Assembly (NCBI GenBank): GCA_965223325.1
Contig: CBDCWI010000002.1
Location: 1,472,001-1,536,000 of the forward strand
Length of the DNA stretch: 64,000 bases
Direction: 5' to 3'
From: Candidatus Multivoradales bacterium
GTDB taxonomy: Bacteria > Acidobacteriota > Thermoanaerobaculia > Multivoradales > Multivoraceae
Shown: piece by piece, positions 50,101 to 59,172 of the stretch
How positions within the stretch are numbered: position 1 is the stretch's first letter
How the letters are laid out: every line of letters begins with the position of its first letter
Program-made: the position numbers and the translations under genes
Notes under the pieces: model-generated
The model's input: the letters and a program-made list of their open reading frames with translations, nothing else
Database searches by the model: none
Told to the model about the DNA's origin: nothing

Positions 50101-50785
50101 GGCGCTTCTCCTGCAGCACCAGGTTTTCGGCCTGAAACAGCGGATCGAGTTCTCCACCGCGCTCGAACGGCGGTACCTGGCCAACCGCCGGATCGACGTC
50201 GAGCTTCCGCTGGTCGAAATCGCGGGAACACGGAGTGGAGACACCACTGTCATGTACGAAAAGGGGGGTTGGGCGATGTGGATGCTGCATAACCTCCTGG
50301 GCGAAGAGGCCACCAGGGGAGGCCTGCAGGCGTTCTTCGAGGCCTACATCGGCAACCCCGACCACCCCGCCCTCGAAGACCTGCTCGCGACCCTCTCCCC
50401 CTTCGCTCCAGACAGCCAGGAGTTCGAACGGTTCACCGACGAGTGGTACCGAGAGGTCGTGCTGCCCGAGTTCCGGTTCAGCGATACGAGGGTCAACAGA
50501 GTCGGCGATGCGTACCTGGTCGAGACCACCATCCAGAACACCGGCAGCGGTTCGGCTCGCGTGTTCGTGGCAGCGCAAGCCGGCGAGCGCTTCCCTCTCG
50601 TCGTTGGTCTCTTCGGCAGCGACTACCGCGAGGCCAAACAACAGGTCCTCTTAGGGCCCGGCAGAAGCGAGACGATCCGCCTCTGGTGCGACTTCGAACC
50701 CCAGATCCTGGTCGCCGACCCCGACGCTCTGGTCCTGCAGGCCGAGCGTCACGCGGCACGGGTCGACCTCACGCGCGAAGGATAG
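47156..50785 (+). CDS. ABC-2-type permease fused to M1 aminopeptidase domain
   Basis: Two ABC-2 membrane repeats, then YAQAFP, HEAAHQWWG (HExxH), LSEGMAQY and YEKG; GTG start assumed. Confidence 0.88.
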   Translation: MNLNRLRTTASLEVRRTMSRPMFWFFLLLLGLLTWSFATGSSSIRTGNPSADTGSAWLNSEFSLSLNLSFVAIVLYIFFTAIAAGTTLIRDDELGVGEVLFSTGLQAREYVWGKFLGLTTAFLVAALCHLAFMLLFFEVLPSAAAGDLTRGPFLWAAYLRPTALFILPPVVFFLGGAFAIGARWRQPIAVFFLPVASFLACLFFFWRFRPDGLSPGLDRWLVLLDPTGYRWLFSTWLDIDRGVDFYNQVAPQVDGLLLSNRAGLIVAGIALVGASVKHGRPALGSTRSRERSGAHGHQHDLVTVETAGARLASRERLDFGSRSRPDWRSAFAQLLVVEVKVLRRQPALFLFAPLIVLQVIAAARFEIGTFNSEIIQTSGLLAVRSMDVLTTLLCLLLTFTLVEAFERERTTRFEGLLFSTPAPTSAILISKLCASLLLVTLLLSTALIASLAVLAVDNTAPIELYPFILLWGCLLLPTFIFWGAFVTLAMALVGERYKAYALCLGALAAFAWLLARGDLTWATDWTLWSVLNWSDLGALELDRTQLILNRLGVTAAALALLVVARHLFSRRTRDPARLVDRLRPVPMLHSALRLVPVVLLPLGIAIVLALQVEAGEQGTQALAHQKDYWRQNQATWKGQQLPTLERVELDVRIEPNERRFAVDGNYLMRNHLEEPFRRIALTAGPQWQEVSWTLNDTTVVPEDRSGLVVFRPPKVLDPGERITIGFRYHGTLPSGASRRGGGRRTFILPSGVVLHSYSPEFIPFVGFYEGYGIDEDTAVEPRTFRPGFHHRVLPPVLGSPEPFDAQLRIDVPARYTANSVGRLTSSVEQGGRRVFEWRTDHPVRAVNVVAGQWEMRRKGRTSVFFHPAHHYNVDEIADASEAALTHFSDWFHPYPWQELKISEFPDLARYAQAFPTNITFSEGVGFLTASEPRRAKPWAAVARHQAFMITAHEAAHQWWGHLVTPGKGPGSMVLSEGMAQYSALLLQHQVFGLKQRIEFSTALERRYLANRRIDVELPLVEIAGTRSGDTTVMYEKGGWAMWMLHNLLGEEATRGGLQAFFEAYIGNPDHPALEDLLATLSPFAPDSQEFERFTDEWYREVVLPEFRFSDTRVNRVGDAYLVETTIQNTGSGSARVFVAAQAGERFPLVVGLFGSDYREAKQQVLLGPGRSETIRLWCDFEPQILVADPDALVLQAERHAARVDLTREG

Positions 50786-50838
50786 CGCCAGTTCCCCTAC
50801 CTGCCCACGCCTCCCTGAGAGAGCCGTCCGAGTGCGGC

Positions 50839-52839
50839 TTACTCAGGCAGTCGATAGGCGACGAGTTCCTGCTTGCCGCCACGCTTGCCAACCGGAACCA
50901 CGATCGTCTGCACGCCGCCCTGCATGTAGGTCATTGGCCCACCGCCCGGAACGTCGGGCAGCTCGATCTTGGCGAGTTGTTCGCCGGTGTGTTTGTCGAA
51001 CGCCATCAGGTAACCAGTCGCAGGACCGCGTGCATCGAGAGTCTTGGCAACCGACTGCACCACGAAGACCAGGGTCTTGGTCACCATCGGCCAGCCCGGC
51101 GACAAGCCCGACATCGGCCAGGCTCCGAGCGTGTCGGGATCGATGCCCAGGAGAGCGGGATGATCGCGTGGCCCGGTTCCCAGCGGCACCTGGAAGTGCA
51201 AGGTGCCTTGTCGTAGGTCGATGGCGGTCAGCCGAGCCCAGGGGGGCTTGACCATCGGCAGACCCTGCGGGCCCGAAGCATCGGCAAACTTGGGCAGAAA
51301 GTCGCGATCGGACTTCTGGCGGCCGCTGGGCGGAACCAGGGACATCGAGCCGACGCGGGTCTGCGAGGGCACATACAAGAGGTCAGTCTCCGGATCGTAG
51401 GCCGCACCACCCCAGTTCGCACCGCCGGCCTGGCCAGGCAGCTGCACCATCGCCTTCTTGTCGTTCGCGCCAGCGACGATCGGCGGTGTGAAGAGTGGGC
51501 CACCCTGAAAGCCCCTCCAGATCTCGAGCGCCTCCCTATGGAGTTCAGGGGTCAGGTCGAGCAGATCGTCTTCAGTAACGCCCTGACGGTCGAACGGCGG
51601 TGGCTTGGTGGGAAAGGGCTGCGTCTTGGCAGTCCACTCTCCCGGCACCGAGCTCTCCGCGACCGGCCGGTCCTCGATCGGCCACAGCGGGGCACCGGTT
51701 GCGCGATCGAAGACATAGGTGAAGCCCTGCTTGCTGACCTGTGCGACCGCCTTGATCGTGCGACCGTCGATCTCGAGATCGACCAGGTTGGGGGCACAGG
51801 GAAAGTCGTAGTCCCACAGGCCGTGGCGCACCGCCTGGAAGTGCCAGACGCGCTCCCCGGTCTCGGCGTTGAGCGCTACCAGGCTCTCCGCAAACAGGTT
51901 GTCGCCGTGACGGTGACCGCCGTAGTAGTCGCTGGTCGGCGTGCCGATCGGTAGATACACATAGCCGAGCTCCTCGTCGCAGCTCATCATCGACCAGACG
52001 TTGGTGTTGCCGGAGTAGCGCCAGGACTCGTCGTGCCAGGTTTCGCTGCCGAACTCACCTTCTTGCGGCACGGTGTGAAAGACCCACTTCTTCTCGCCGG
52101 TGCGAATGTCGTAACCCCTGACATGCCCTACCGGCATCTCCTTCGTCAGGCCAAAGTCGTTGATCGTCATCCCCATGATGACCGTCGTGCCGCATACGAT
52201 CGCCGGCGAGTTGAGGCCGGTGTTGCCGAGCGCCTTCGCCGGTGCGACGTCGGCGCGCATGTCGACGATGCCCTTGTCGCCGAACTCGGGATCGGGCTTG
52301 CCGGTTGCAGGATCGATCGACACCAGCTGATGTACGCCGGTGACCAGGGCGATGCGCTGCCAGTCGTCATGGCTCCAGAACTCGAGACCACGCTGGGTGA
52401 AACCTCCGTGCGTGGGTGTTCCGAGCTCGTAGGCACGCGGGTCGTAGCGCCAGAGCTCGACCCCCGTCTGCGCGTCGACCGCGGTCACCAGGTTGAGCGA
52501 AGAAATGGCATAGAGCACCCCGTCGACCATCAAAGGGGTGCCCTTGAGATTGCCTGCGGGTGCCTTGGTCTCGACTTCGCGGTCCGGGGTCTCGTAGCGC
52601 CAGGCGACCTCGAGAGTCGCGACATTGTCGCCGTTGATCTGTCCGGCTGGCGAATACTTGCTCGAATGGCGATCCGCCGCGTAGTGACGCCATTCGATCG
52701 TCTGCCCGTCGTCGTCTGCGGAAGGTCCTTCGGACTCACCCTGCTGGCCCAGCAATCCAGCACCCGCGACCAGGCCGACCAACACGACGAGTGCGAGGGT
52801 CCTACGGGCGACGGGCTGGTGCATGAGGTCTAAGGTCAT
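50839..52839 (-). CDS. PQQ-dependent dehydrogenase (glucose/quinate family, soluble periplasmic)
   Basis: Signal peptide; KYSPAGQI, TPLMVDG, WHFQAVRHGLWDYD, GGANWGG and PMTY propeller motifs. Confidence 0.88.
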   Translation of the reverse strand: MTLDLMHQPVARRTLALVVLVGLVAGAGLLGQQGESEGPSADDDGQTIEWRHYAADRHSSKYSPAGQINGDNVATLEVAWRYETPDREVETKAPAGNLKGTPLMVDGVLYAISSLNLVTAVDAQTGVELWRYDPRAYELGTPTHGGFTQRGLEFWSHDDWQRIALVTGVHQLVSIDPATGKPDPEFGDKGIVDMRADVAPAKALGNTGLNSPAIVCGTTVIMGMTINDFGLTKEMPVGHVRGYDIRTGEKKWVFHTVPQEGEFGSETWHDESWRYSGNTNVWSMMSCDEELGYVYLPIGTPTSDYYGGHRHGDNLFAESLVALNAETGERVWHFQAVRHGLWDYDFPCAPNLVDLEIDGRTIKAVAQVSKQGFTYVFDRATGAPLWPIEDRPVAESSVPGEWTAKTQPFPTKPPPFDRQGVTEDDLLDLTPELHREALEIWRGFQGGPLFTPPIVAGANDKKAMVQLPGQAGGANWGGAAYDPETDLLYVPSQTRVGSMSLVPPSGRQKSDRDFLPKFADASGPQGLPMVKPPWARLTAIDLRQGTLHFQVPLGTGPRDHPALLGIDPDTLGAWPMSGLSPGWPMVTKTLVFVVQSVAKTLDARGPATGYLMAFDKHTGEQLAKIELPDVPGGGPMTYMQGGVQTIVVPVGKRGGKQELVAYRLPE

Positions 52840-53068
52840 CGTTCTGGTGCCCTTCTTGTTCTGTTCGGGACGCTCCGTGGGGCACGGTCCGTTGGTTTTT
52901 CGCGTTGGTCTCGGTCGTGGGGCTCGGTCTGTGGGCCTCTGCCCGTTGGGCGCGTTGGGTGTCCCGCCAGTGTAGCGCCACCCCGCTGCCACGACTCGAA
53001 AGACGCGGTAGGCTCCAGGCTCCGTATCCACAACAAGGTTTCATTCGCTCCCGCGGAGGTCTCGCACG

Positions 53069-53980
53069 ATGCCTTTCTTCACCCACCGTTCGTTCGTTGC
53101 CATCGCCGCTCTTTTGGTCGGCCTTCTTTTGCCCGTCGCGGGCTTCACCCAGAACCCCGCGAACATCAAGCTGTCGACGACCAAGCTCAACGACCACCTC
53201 TACATGATCGAGCCCACCCCGCCGATGGCGGGAAACCTGGCGGTGTCGGCCGGGGCCGACGGCATTCTCCTGGTCGACGACCAGATGATGGAGGTGGCGC
53301 CAGCCATCCGTGCCGCGATCGCTGAAATCCAGGAAGGCGAAGTCGAGTTCCTGGTCAACACCCATTGGCACTTCGACCACGCTGGCGGCAACGCGGCGTT
53401 CGGGCTCGAGGCGGCGATTCTCGCCCACGAGAACGTGCGCGAGCGTCTGCTCACCGGATCGGCCGAGGGCAGCCGGTTTCCCGTTCCGCCGGCGCCCGCC
53501 GAAGCACTTCCAGTGCTCACCTACAGGGAGGGCGTTACCCTGCACTGGAACGGCGAACGCGTCGACATCGTGCACCTTCCGCCGGCACACACCGACGGTG
53601 ACTCGATCATCATCTTCCGCGACTCGAACGTCGTGCACATGGGCGATCTCTTCTTCAATACCGGCGGCTTTCCGTTTGCCGACCTCGAGAGTGGCGGCAA
53701 CGCCCTCGGCGTGCGCGACAATGTCAAGACGGTGCTGGAAATGGTCGACGATGAGGTCCGGATCATCCCCGGCCATGGACCTCTTGCAAGCAAGGCCGAT
53801 CTCGAGCGCTATCACGACGTGCTCGACATGACGATCAACCACGTCAGTGCCGCTGCCAACGCCGGCAAGAGCCTCGAGGAGATCACCGCCGCTGGCCTGC
53901 CCGAAGAGTTCAAGAGCTACGGCACTGGCGGGTTCATTCCCGAGGCGGCCTGGATTCAGTTCGTCTTCGACAGCATGTAG
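53069..53980 (+). CDS. MBL-fold metallo-hydrolase, secreted
   Basis: NTHWHFDHAGGN, AHTDGD, HMGD and IPGHG; GGAGG RBS. Confidence 0.92.
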   Translation: MPFFTHRSFVAIAALLVGLLLPVAGFTQNPANIKLSTTKLNDHLYMIEPTPPMAGNLAVSAGADGILLVDDQMMEVAPAIRAAIAEIQEGEVEFLVNTHWHFDHAGGNAAFGLEAAILAHENVRERLLTGSAEGSRFPVPPAPAEALPVLTYREGVTLHWNGERVDIVHLPPAHTDGDSIIIFRDSNVVHMGDLFFNTGGFPFADLESGGNALGVRDNVKTVLEMVDDEVRIIPGHGPLASKADLERYHDVLDMTINHVSAAANAGKSLEEITAAGLPEEFKSYGTGGFIPEAAWIQFVFDSM

Positions 53981-54007
53981 AAATGACGGAGGCAGCCAAC
54001 CGGCCGC

Positions 54008-54745
54008 TCAACCCGCCGGAGAAGAGCGGCGCTGGGTCTCGAGGAGCTGAGGCAGCTTGCGATGGAGAAGGCGCATCCGAACAACGTCCCAGAACATCTT
54101 GATCGGGTCGACGACGAGGTGAACGCGGGATGCCTCGACATGCTGCCAGGGCACGCCGATCTCAGCGATCTGACAGCCCGACCGTTGCGCTAGCCAGGTG
54201 AACTCGACATCGTAGGCGAAACCGTCGATCTTCATCCAGCTGAAGATCTCGCGGGCGAGATCCCCGTCGAGCAGCTTGAAGCCGCACTGGGTGTCCCGGA
54301 TCTCCGAAACCCCGAGGGCCTGGATGATCTTGTTGAAGGTCTTACCAAGCGACTCGCGATACCAAGGCTGCCGTTCCCGAATGTCCGAGGCGTCCACGGC
54401 CCGACTGCCGTAGACGAACGGTGCGTCGTCACTGTGCGCTTCGAGCAGCTCGAGGGCCTCGATGGGAGTCGCCAGGTCGGCATCCGAGATCAGTACCAGG
54501 CGGCCGACACTCGCGGCTACGCCGGTTCGCACCGCGGCGCCTTTGCCGCGGTTCTCGGAACAGGCGATCACACGCACCCCATACTCTCTAGCAACTTCTG
54601 CCGTGCCGTCACTCGAGCCATCGTCGACAACGATCACTTCCCACGCGCCCTCGCGCCCTTTGAGGTAATGGTTGATCCTCTCGAGCGTTGCCGGCAGTCG
54701 CTCGCTCTCGTTGTACGCCGGGATGACAACCGATAGCCAGGTCAT
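54008..54745 (-). CDS. glycosyltransferase family 2 (polyprenyl-phosphate glycosyltransferase-like)
   Basis: VIPAYNESERL, VDDGSSD, NRGKG, DADLATP and DTQCGFK. Confidence 0.92.
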   Translation of the reverse strand: MTWLSVVIPAYNESERLPATLERINHYLKGREGAWEVIVVDDGSSDGTAEVAREYGVRVIACSENRGKGAAVRTGVAASVGRLVLISDADLATPIEALELLEAHSDDAPFVYGSRAVDASDIRERQPWYRESLGKTFNKIIQALGVSEIRDTQCGFKLLDGDLAREIFSWMKIDGFAYDVEFTWLAQRSGCQIAEIGVPWQHVEASRVHLVVDPIKMFWDVVRMRLLHRKLPQLLETQRRSSPAG

Positions 54746-55815
54746 GACGAGGGTCCAGACGGGGCGTCGTTGTGTGCGTCCTTCAGCGTCTCGAGTTCAC
54801 TTCGCCATGCGCCCCCTCGGACCCACTCGAGGGCTTCGATCGCCGACCGGGTTGCCGCCTCCTTCGAATAGCGCGACGCGACCTCGAACCCCTTCTCACG
54901 TCGGCTTCGCCAGGCGCCTGCGTCACTCAGCAATTCGGCGGCCGCGACCGCAAATGCGGCAGGCGCGTCGTGCGGCACGAGAACCGCCGCATCGCGCGCG
55001 AAGTCACGAAAGGACGAAATATCGGACGCGATGACCGGTACCCCGGCCGCCATCGCTTCGAGGACCGGCAGGCCAAAACCCTCCTGCTCCCACGACGGCG
55101 CCAGCATGAGATCGGCGCTTTGGATGACCGACGCAGCTTCGGCCGGCGGCACGTTGCAGTGAAACTCATCGGCGATCACCAGGGCGGCTTCCTTTTCGGT
55201 CACCTCCCACTGCGACAGCCGCACCAGCTCACACTCGACGCCGCGGCGCCGCAGCTCCAAAACGGCCTGCAGTGCGGTCGAGACGCCCTTCCAGTCGATC
55301 TCCCATGGCCCGACCACGACGATGCGTGGGGGCCGCCCCGGGCCACCCTCGCCCAGCGGTTCTAGAGGCTGCCAGAAGTCTTCGAGCGGCTGCAGGACCA
55401 CCCGTGCCGGGCGCTTGAAACGCTCGCGCAGAAGATCGACGAGATGGGGTGCCACGCACATTCCGGGCAGCGGTTGGCGGTAGCTCGCCCGAATCTGCTC
55501 GTGCTGATCCTGGTTGTGGGTGTAGCTGGCCTCGAAGCCCTGGCAGTAGTGAACCACCTCACCAGCGGCACATTGCTGGGCCGGCAGAATCGTGGTCCAG
55601 AAAGTCGCCACCAGAACGTCGACTTCCGGCACGCGCTCGGCCTCGAAGGCCGGGACCTGGACGAACGCAGCATCGAGTGTCATCCAATTCGGGCAGACAC
55701 CCTTAGACACCACCGTCACGTCCAGGCCAGCAGCCGCCAGGAGGTTCGCTTGTTCGAGGACGACTTTGACGCCGCCGAACAGCACCGTATCTTCGAGTAG
55801 ATAGCAGACTCGCAT
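54742..55815 (-). CDS. glycosyltransferase family 4 (WsaF-like)
   Basis: GGVKVV, VATFWTT, HYCQGFE and EGFGLPVLEAMAAG; ATGA overlap with the GT2 gene. Confidence 0.88.
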   Translation of the reverse strand: MRVCYLLEDTVLFGGVKVVLEQANLLAAAGLDVTVVSKGVCPNWMTLDAAFVQVPAFEAERVPEVDVLVATFWTTILPAQQCAAGEVVHYCQGFEASYTHNQDQHEQIRASYRQPLPGMCVAPHLVDLLRERFKRPARVVLQPLEDFWQPLEPLGEGGPGRPPRIVVVGPWEIDWKGVSTALQAVLELRRRGVECELVRLSQWEVTEKEAALVIADEFHCNVPPAEAASVIQSADLMLAPSWEQEGFGLPVLEAMAAGVPVIASDISSFRDFARDAAVLVPHDAPAAFAVAAAELLSDAGAWRSRREKGFEVASRYSKEAATRSAIEALEWVRGGAWRSELETLKDAHNDAPSGPSS

Positions 55816-55850
55816 GCCGAGAAGGTGCCTGGGGAATCGCCCGGAGGAGC

Positions 55851-56996
55851 TCAGCGCCTGAGTGCGTGCGCACAGTTGTTGCACAGGAACCGATCGGGCA
55901 GCGCTTCGAGACCATAGACCTGGCGCCGCGCCCTGGCCATCGCCTCCGACACCAGCACCTCGCGCACCGTCTGAATCTCGAGGTCGCCGACCTCGAACTT
56001 CTCGTGGTAATCCTGGCAACACAGGATGCACTTCGCTTTCGGGGTGATGTGCAGGTGCTGGATCGGGCGTGATCCCATGTAGTCGCAACCGCGCAGCTTG
56101 GCCTGCGGTTCGCCGGCGGCGACACCGACGTCGAGGTAGCCGGCGCGGTCATTGACGACGAAGTACTGCGCCGAGAAGCGTGAGCCACGAAAGCGCTCGC
56201 TGATCGCTTCGAAATCGGCCTTGTGCACTTCGTCGCCAGTACCCAGGACGACGATATCCATGCGCTCTGCGACCGGCTTGTCCTTGGCGTAGTCGAGGTT
56301 GCGCAACACCAGGTCGAGGTGATCCTGGCCGCGATCCTTCTGGTAGCGCGCGCGATCGAGGGTCGAGAGGTTGATCGAGAGAAAGCGCAGGCCGCCGATC
56401 TCGAGCAGTTGGTCGACTCGCTTGGGCTGCAGGCCGGTACCGTTGGTGAGCGTCGCAGGCGGTAACCCGAACTCCCGTAGCGTCCTCACCCGCGCGATGA
56501 AGTGGGGATCGGCCGTCGGTTCGTTGTAGCTGATCATGAACACTGCTTCGATCGGCTCGCCGAGATCGGCTAGCTGCGAAACGATGCCGCGGTAGGTCTC
56601 CATCGGCATGACGTAGGCGTCACGCGGCGCCACCGAAACCGGGCAGAAGTAGCACGACTGGTTGCAGGCCGTGGTCGCTTCGAGCGAGATGTACTTGAGG
56701 CGGTACTGGAAGGCGAGCGCATCGGGCTCACGCGTGATCCAACCCGCTTCTGCCAGTGGCCGGTGGACCTCGGGCAGCTCCTCGATGCCCGCCGCCGCGT
56801 CCGGCACCAAGTTCCAGACCAACTCGAATCCCGGCTCGCCCTCTTTGAGGAAGAGATCGGTGTGCGGGTTGTAGAGCGCGTTGGGCCCGATGTGCAGATA
56901 CGGACTGGCAACCCAGCTCCCTGGTGGAACGGCCGCCCGCTGGCCCGGCGAAACCTCGGCCGGCGCGGGGCTTTGTACTGAGTCTTTGGTGGTCAC
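55851..56996 (-). CDS. radical SAM protein with SPASM/twitch domain
   Basis: CNQSCYFC, YNEPT and TNGT; C-terminal GC...LHIT...ILCCQDY...VGDL...LCNNC. Confidence 0.9.
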   Translation of the reverse strand: MTTKDSVQSPAPAEVSPGQRAAVPPGSWVASPYLHIGPNALYNPHTDLFLKEGEPGFELVWNLVPDAAAGIEELPEVHRPLAEAGWITREPDALAFQYRLKYISLEATTACNQSCYFCPVSVAPRDAYVMPMETYRGIVSQLADLGEPIEAVFMISYNEPTADPHFIARVRTLREFGLPPATLTNGTGLQPKRVDQLLEIGGLRFLSINLSTLDRARYQKDRGQDHLDLVLRNLDYAKDKPVAERMDIVVLGTGDEVHKADFEAISERFRGSRFSAQYFVVNDRAGYLDVGVAAGEPQAKLRGCDYMGSRPIQHLHITPKAKCILCCQDYHEKFEVGDLEIQTVREVLVSEAMARARRQVYGLEALPDRFLCNNCAHALRR

Positions 56997-57048
56997 AACG
57001 AGAGTGACCCTAACAGGCCGCGGGGCACCAGGAGCCCGGGGCTCGAAC

Positions 57049-58287
57049 TCAACCCCGAGGCGGCTCGCGCCACTCTAGAAGCTCAAAGTGCGACTCCACT
57101 TCGAGCATGCCAATGCGGTACTCCTCGACTTCGAGTTCGAGCGCGCCCGGGATGATCTTCTGGTCGTAGACATGCAGGCAGGCCTGGTCGAGAAGAAAGG
57201 CGTAGGCGGTGAAGCTGCCTTGTAGGAGCGGCAGTTTCGGCACCTCGAGACGAACCCGGTACCGGCTCTTGCCGGTCAGCTCGAAGGAACTCTGACGGGT
57301 GTCGAGCGACAGCACCTGAACGCCGTCTTTTCGGTCGAGACCAATCCCGACCTGGTAGCGCGTCTGCGGTTCCTCAGTAGAGAACGACACATCGATCTGC
57401 AGGGTTGACGCGCCCCCGCGCTCCTGGCTCTCGATCGAGACGTCGTCGATACGTGCCGAGGTTCCCATCCGGGGGGCCGGATAACGTTCCGGTTCACTGT
57501 GCGCCGCGCTGCCCTCGGTAAGACCCGCCTCAGCCGAACGCTCCTGAAGGAAACTTTCGTACTCGGCGACCACCTCGCGCGCCTGGCCCGACGACACCAC
57601 ACGCCCCTCACGAATCCAGATCGCCTTCTGACAAAACGCCGAGAGGTAGTACATCGCATGGGTACAGAACAGAAGCGTCGTTCCCGCTTCGACCAACTGC
57701 ACCATGCGGTCCATGCACTTCTTCTGAAAGTACCCGTCGCCGACCGAGAGCGCCTCGTCGACGATCAACACATCGGGGTCGACTTCGGTGGCGATCGAAA
57801 ACGCCAGACGCATCGCCATGCCGGTGGAATAGGTCTTGACCGGGCGATCGATGAAGTCAAAAAGCTCGCTGAAGGCGAGGATCTCGGGCAGGCGCTCGCT
57901 GACTCGCTCTTCGCTCAGACCGAGCAGGGCGGCGTTGATACGCACATTCTGACGACCGGTGAACTCGGGATGAAAGCCCGAACCGAGTTCGAGGATCGAC
58001 GCAATCCGGCCGTTGACCGTCACCGAGCCCCGGGTGGGTTTCGACACTCCACCGACGATCTTGAGCAGCGTGCTCTTGCCGGCCCCGTTCTCACCGATGA
58101 TGCCGAGGCTCTCGCCGCGGGCGAGCTCGAAGGAAACCCCGGCGAGCGCTTCGAAGGCGGTGTGGCGTGTGCCGAAACCGAACCACTCGAGAAACCGGTC
58201 GAGCGGCCGCGCGTAGACCTTGTAGGTCTTGCCAAGGTTAGAAACCGTCACGATCGGGGGCTGAGCGCCGCTGCCAGGAACACTCAT
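57049..58287 (-). CDS. wzt: polysaccharide ABC exporter ATPase with Wzt_C domain
   Basis: GENGAGKST, PVKTYSTGMAMRLAF and DEALSVGDGYFQKKC; Ig-like C-terminal domain. Confidence 0.92.
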   Translation of the reverse strand: MSVPGSGAQPPIVTVSNLGKTYKVYARPLDRFLEWFGFGTRHTAFEALAGVSFELARGESLGIIGENGAGKSTLLKIVGGVSKPTRGSVTVNGRIASILELGSGFHPEFTGRQNVRINAALLGLSEERVSERLPEILAFSELFDFIDRPVKTYSTGMAMRLAFSIATEVDPDVLIVDEALSVGDGYFQKKCMDRMVQLVEAGTTLLFCTHAMYYLSAFCQKAIWIREGRVVSSGQAREVVAEYESFLQERSAEAGLTEGSAAHSEPERYPAPRMGTSARIDDVSIESQERGGASTLQIDVSFSTEEPQTRYQVGIGLDRKDGVQVLSLDTRQSSFELTGKSRYRVRLEVPKLPLLQGSFTAYAFLLDQACLHVYDQKIIPGALELEVEEYRIGMLEVESHFELLEWREPPRG

Positions 58288-59057
58288 CAGAGCTCATCCG
58301 CAAACGAAGAATTGAGACGCCGGAAGGCTGCCACTCCGGCGACCAGGAGAACCACCGCACCAATCACCAGCGACAGATAGTTCTCGAGCGGCCCCAGCCG
58401 ACCACCGAGGAACGCCGAGCGGTAGAGCTCGACGAGCGGCGTGAGCGGGTTCCAACCGAGGATCCGACGCACGTTCTCGGGAATGCCCGACATCGGGAAA
58501 ACGATCGGTGTGAAGTAGAACCAACCGGTCATCAACATGGTCACGAACTGTGCGGTGTCACGGAAGAACACATGCAGCGCCGCCACCAACAGACTGAGAC
58601 CGAGGGTCAACGCCAACTGCAACGGCAGCGCCAGGGCCAGCAGGTAGATGCCCGAGAGTGCCAGCTCCCCGGTGACGACGAGCGCCCCGACGAAAACCCC
58701 CGCCGCGATCGCACTGTGGATGAAGGCGCCGATGGTGATCGATAGAACCAGCAGTTCAGCCGGAAAGCGCACCATCTTGACCAGCGCGCTGTTGTCGACG
58801 ATCGCAGTGGCCGAGCGGGTGACGCCCTCGTTGATCGCCAGCCAGGGGATCAGACCCGCAAAGAGAAAGATCGCGAAGCTCTGCGTAAGCTCCCCCGAAA
58901 GGTCGAACTTGATGATCACCTGGAAAATCCAGGTGAACAAGAGCAACTGCCAGAGCGGCTGCAAGAGCGACCAGAAGAAGCCGCCCACCGAACCGGCGTA
59001 GCGGCTGCCGAGGTCGCGCTTGACCATCTCGCGCAGCAGGAACAGATGTGACTTCAA
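58287..59057 (-). CDS. wzm: polysaccharide ABC exporter permease
   Basis: RYAGSVGGFFWSLLQP, FFRD, FYFTPIVF and NPLT; overlaps the wzt start. Confidence 0.92.
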   Translation of the reverse strand: MKSHLFLLREMVKRDLGSRYAGSVGGFFWSLLQPLWQLLLFTWIFQVIIKFDLSGELTQSFAIFLFAGLIPWLAINEGVTRSATAIVDNSALVKMVRFPAELLVLSITIGAFIHSAIAAGVFVGALVVTGELALSGIYLLALALPLQLALTLGLSLLVAALHVFFRDTAQFVTMLMTGWFYFTPIVFPMSGIPENVRRILGWNPLTPLVELYRSAFLGGRLGPLENYLSLVIGAVVLLVAGVAAFRRLNSSFADEL

Positions 59058-59172
59058 ACGGGCTTCTCTGCGATTTTCAGATCGCGGTTTCGAGAGAGGG
59101 TTTGTCCGCTGGAGGATATGCCACAGATCCCTCGGGCTTGAGAGCCCGGGCGCCGCCGCCTACCCCGGCGCG

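Noticed and set aside
50839-52839. PQQ enzyme as a lanthanide/methanol dehydrogenase
   Set aside because: It lacks the vicinal CC of methanol/alcohol dehydrogenases, and its motifs fit the glucose/quinate family.
53069-53980. MBL-fold and serine-hydrolase genes as antibiotic resistance determinants
   Set aside because: Fold-level similarity only; both belong to broad hydrolase families and there is no mobile context.
55816-56088. Apparent extension of the GT4 ORF over the radical SAM 3' end (possible frameshift fusion)
   Set aside because: The rSAM gene ends normally after CNNC and the GT4 has its own ATG at 55815; no slippery site was seen.
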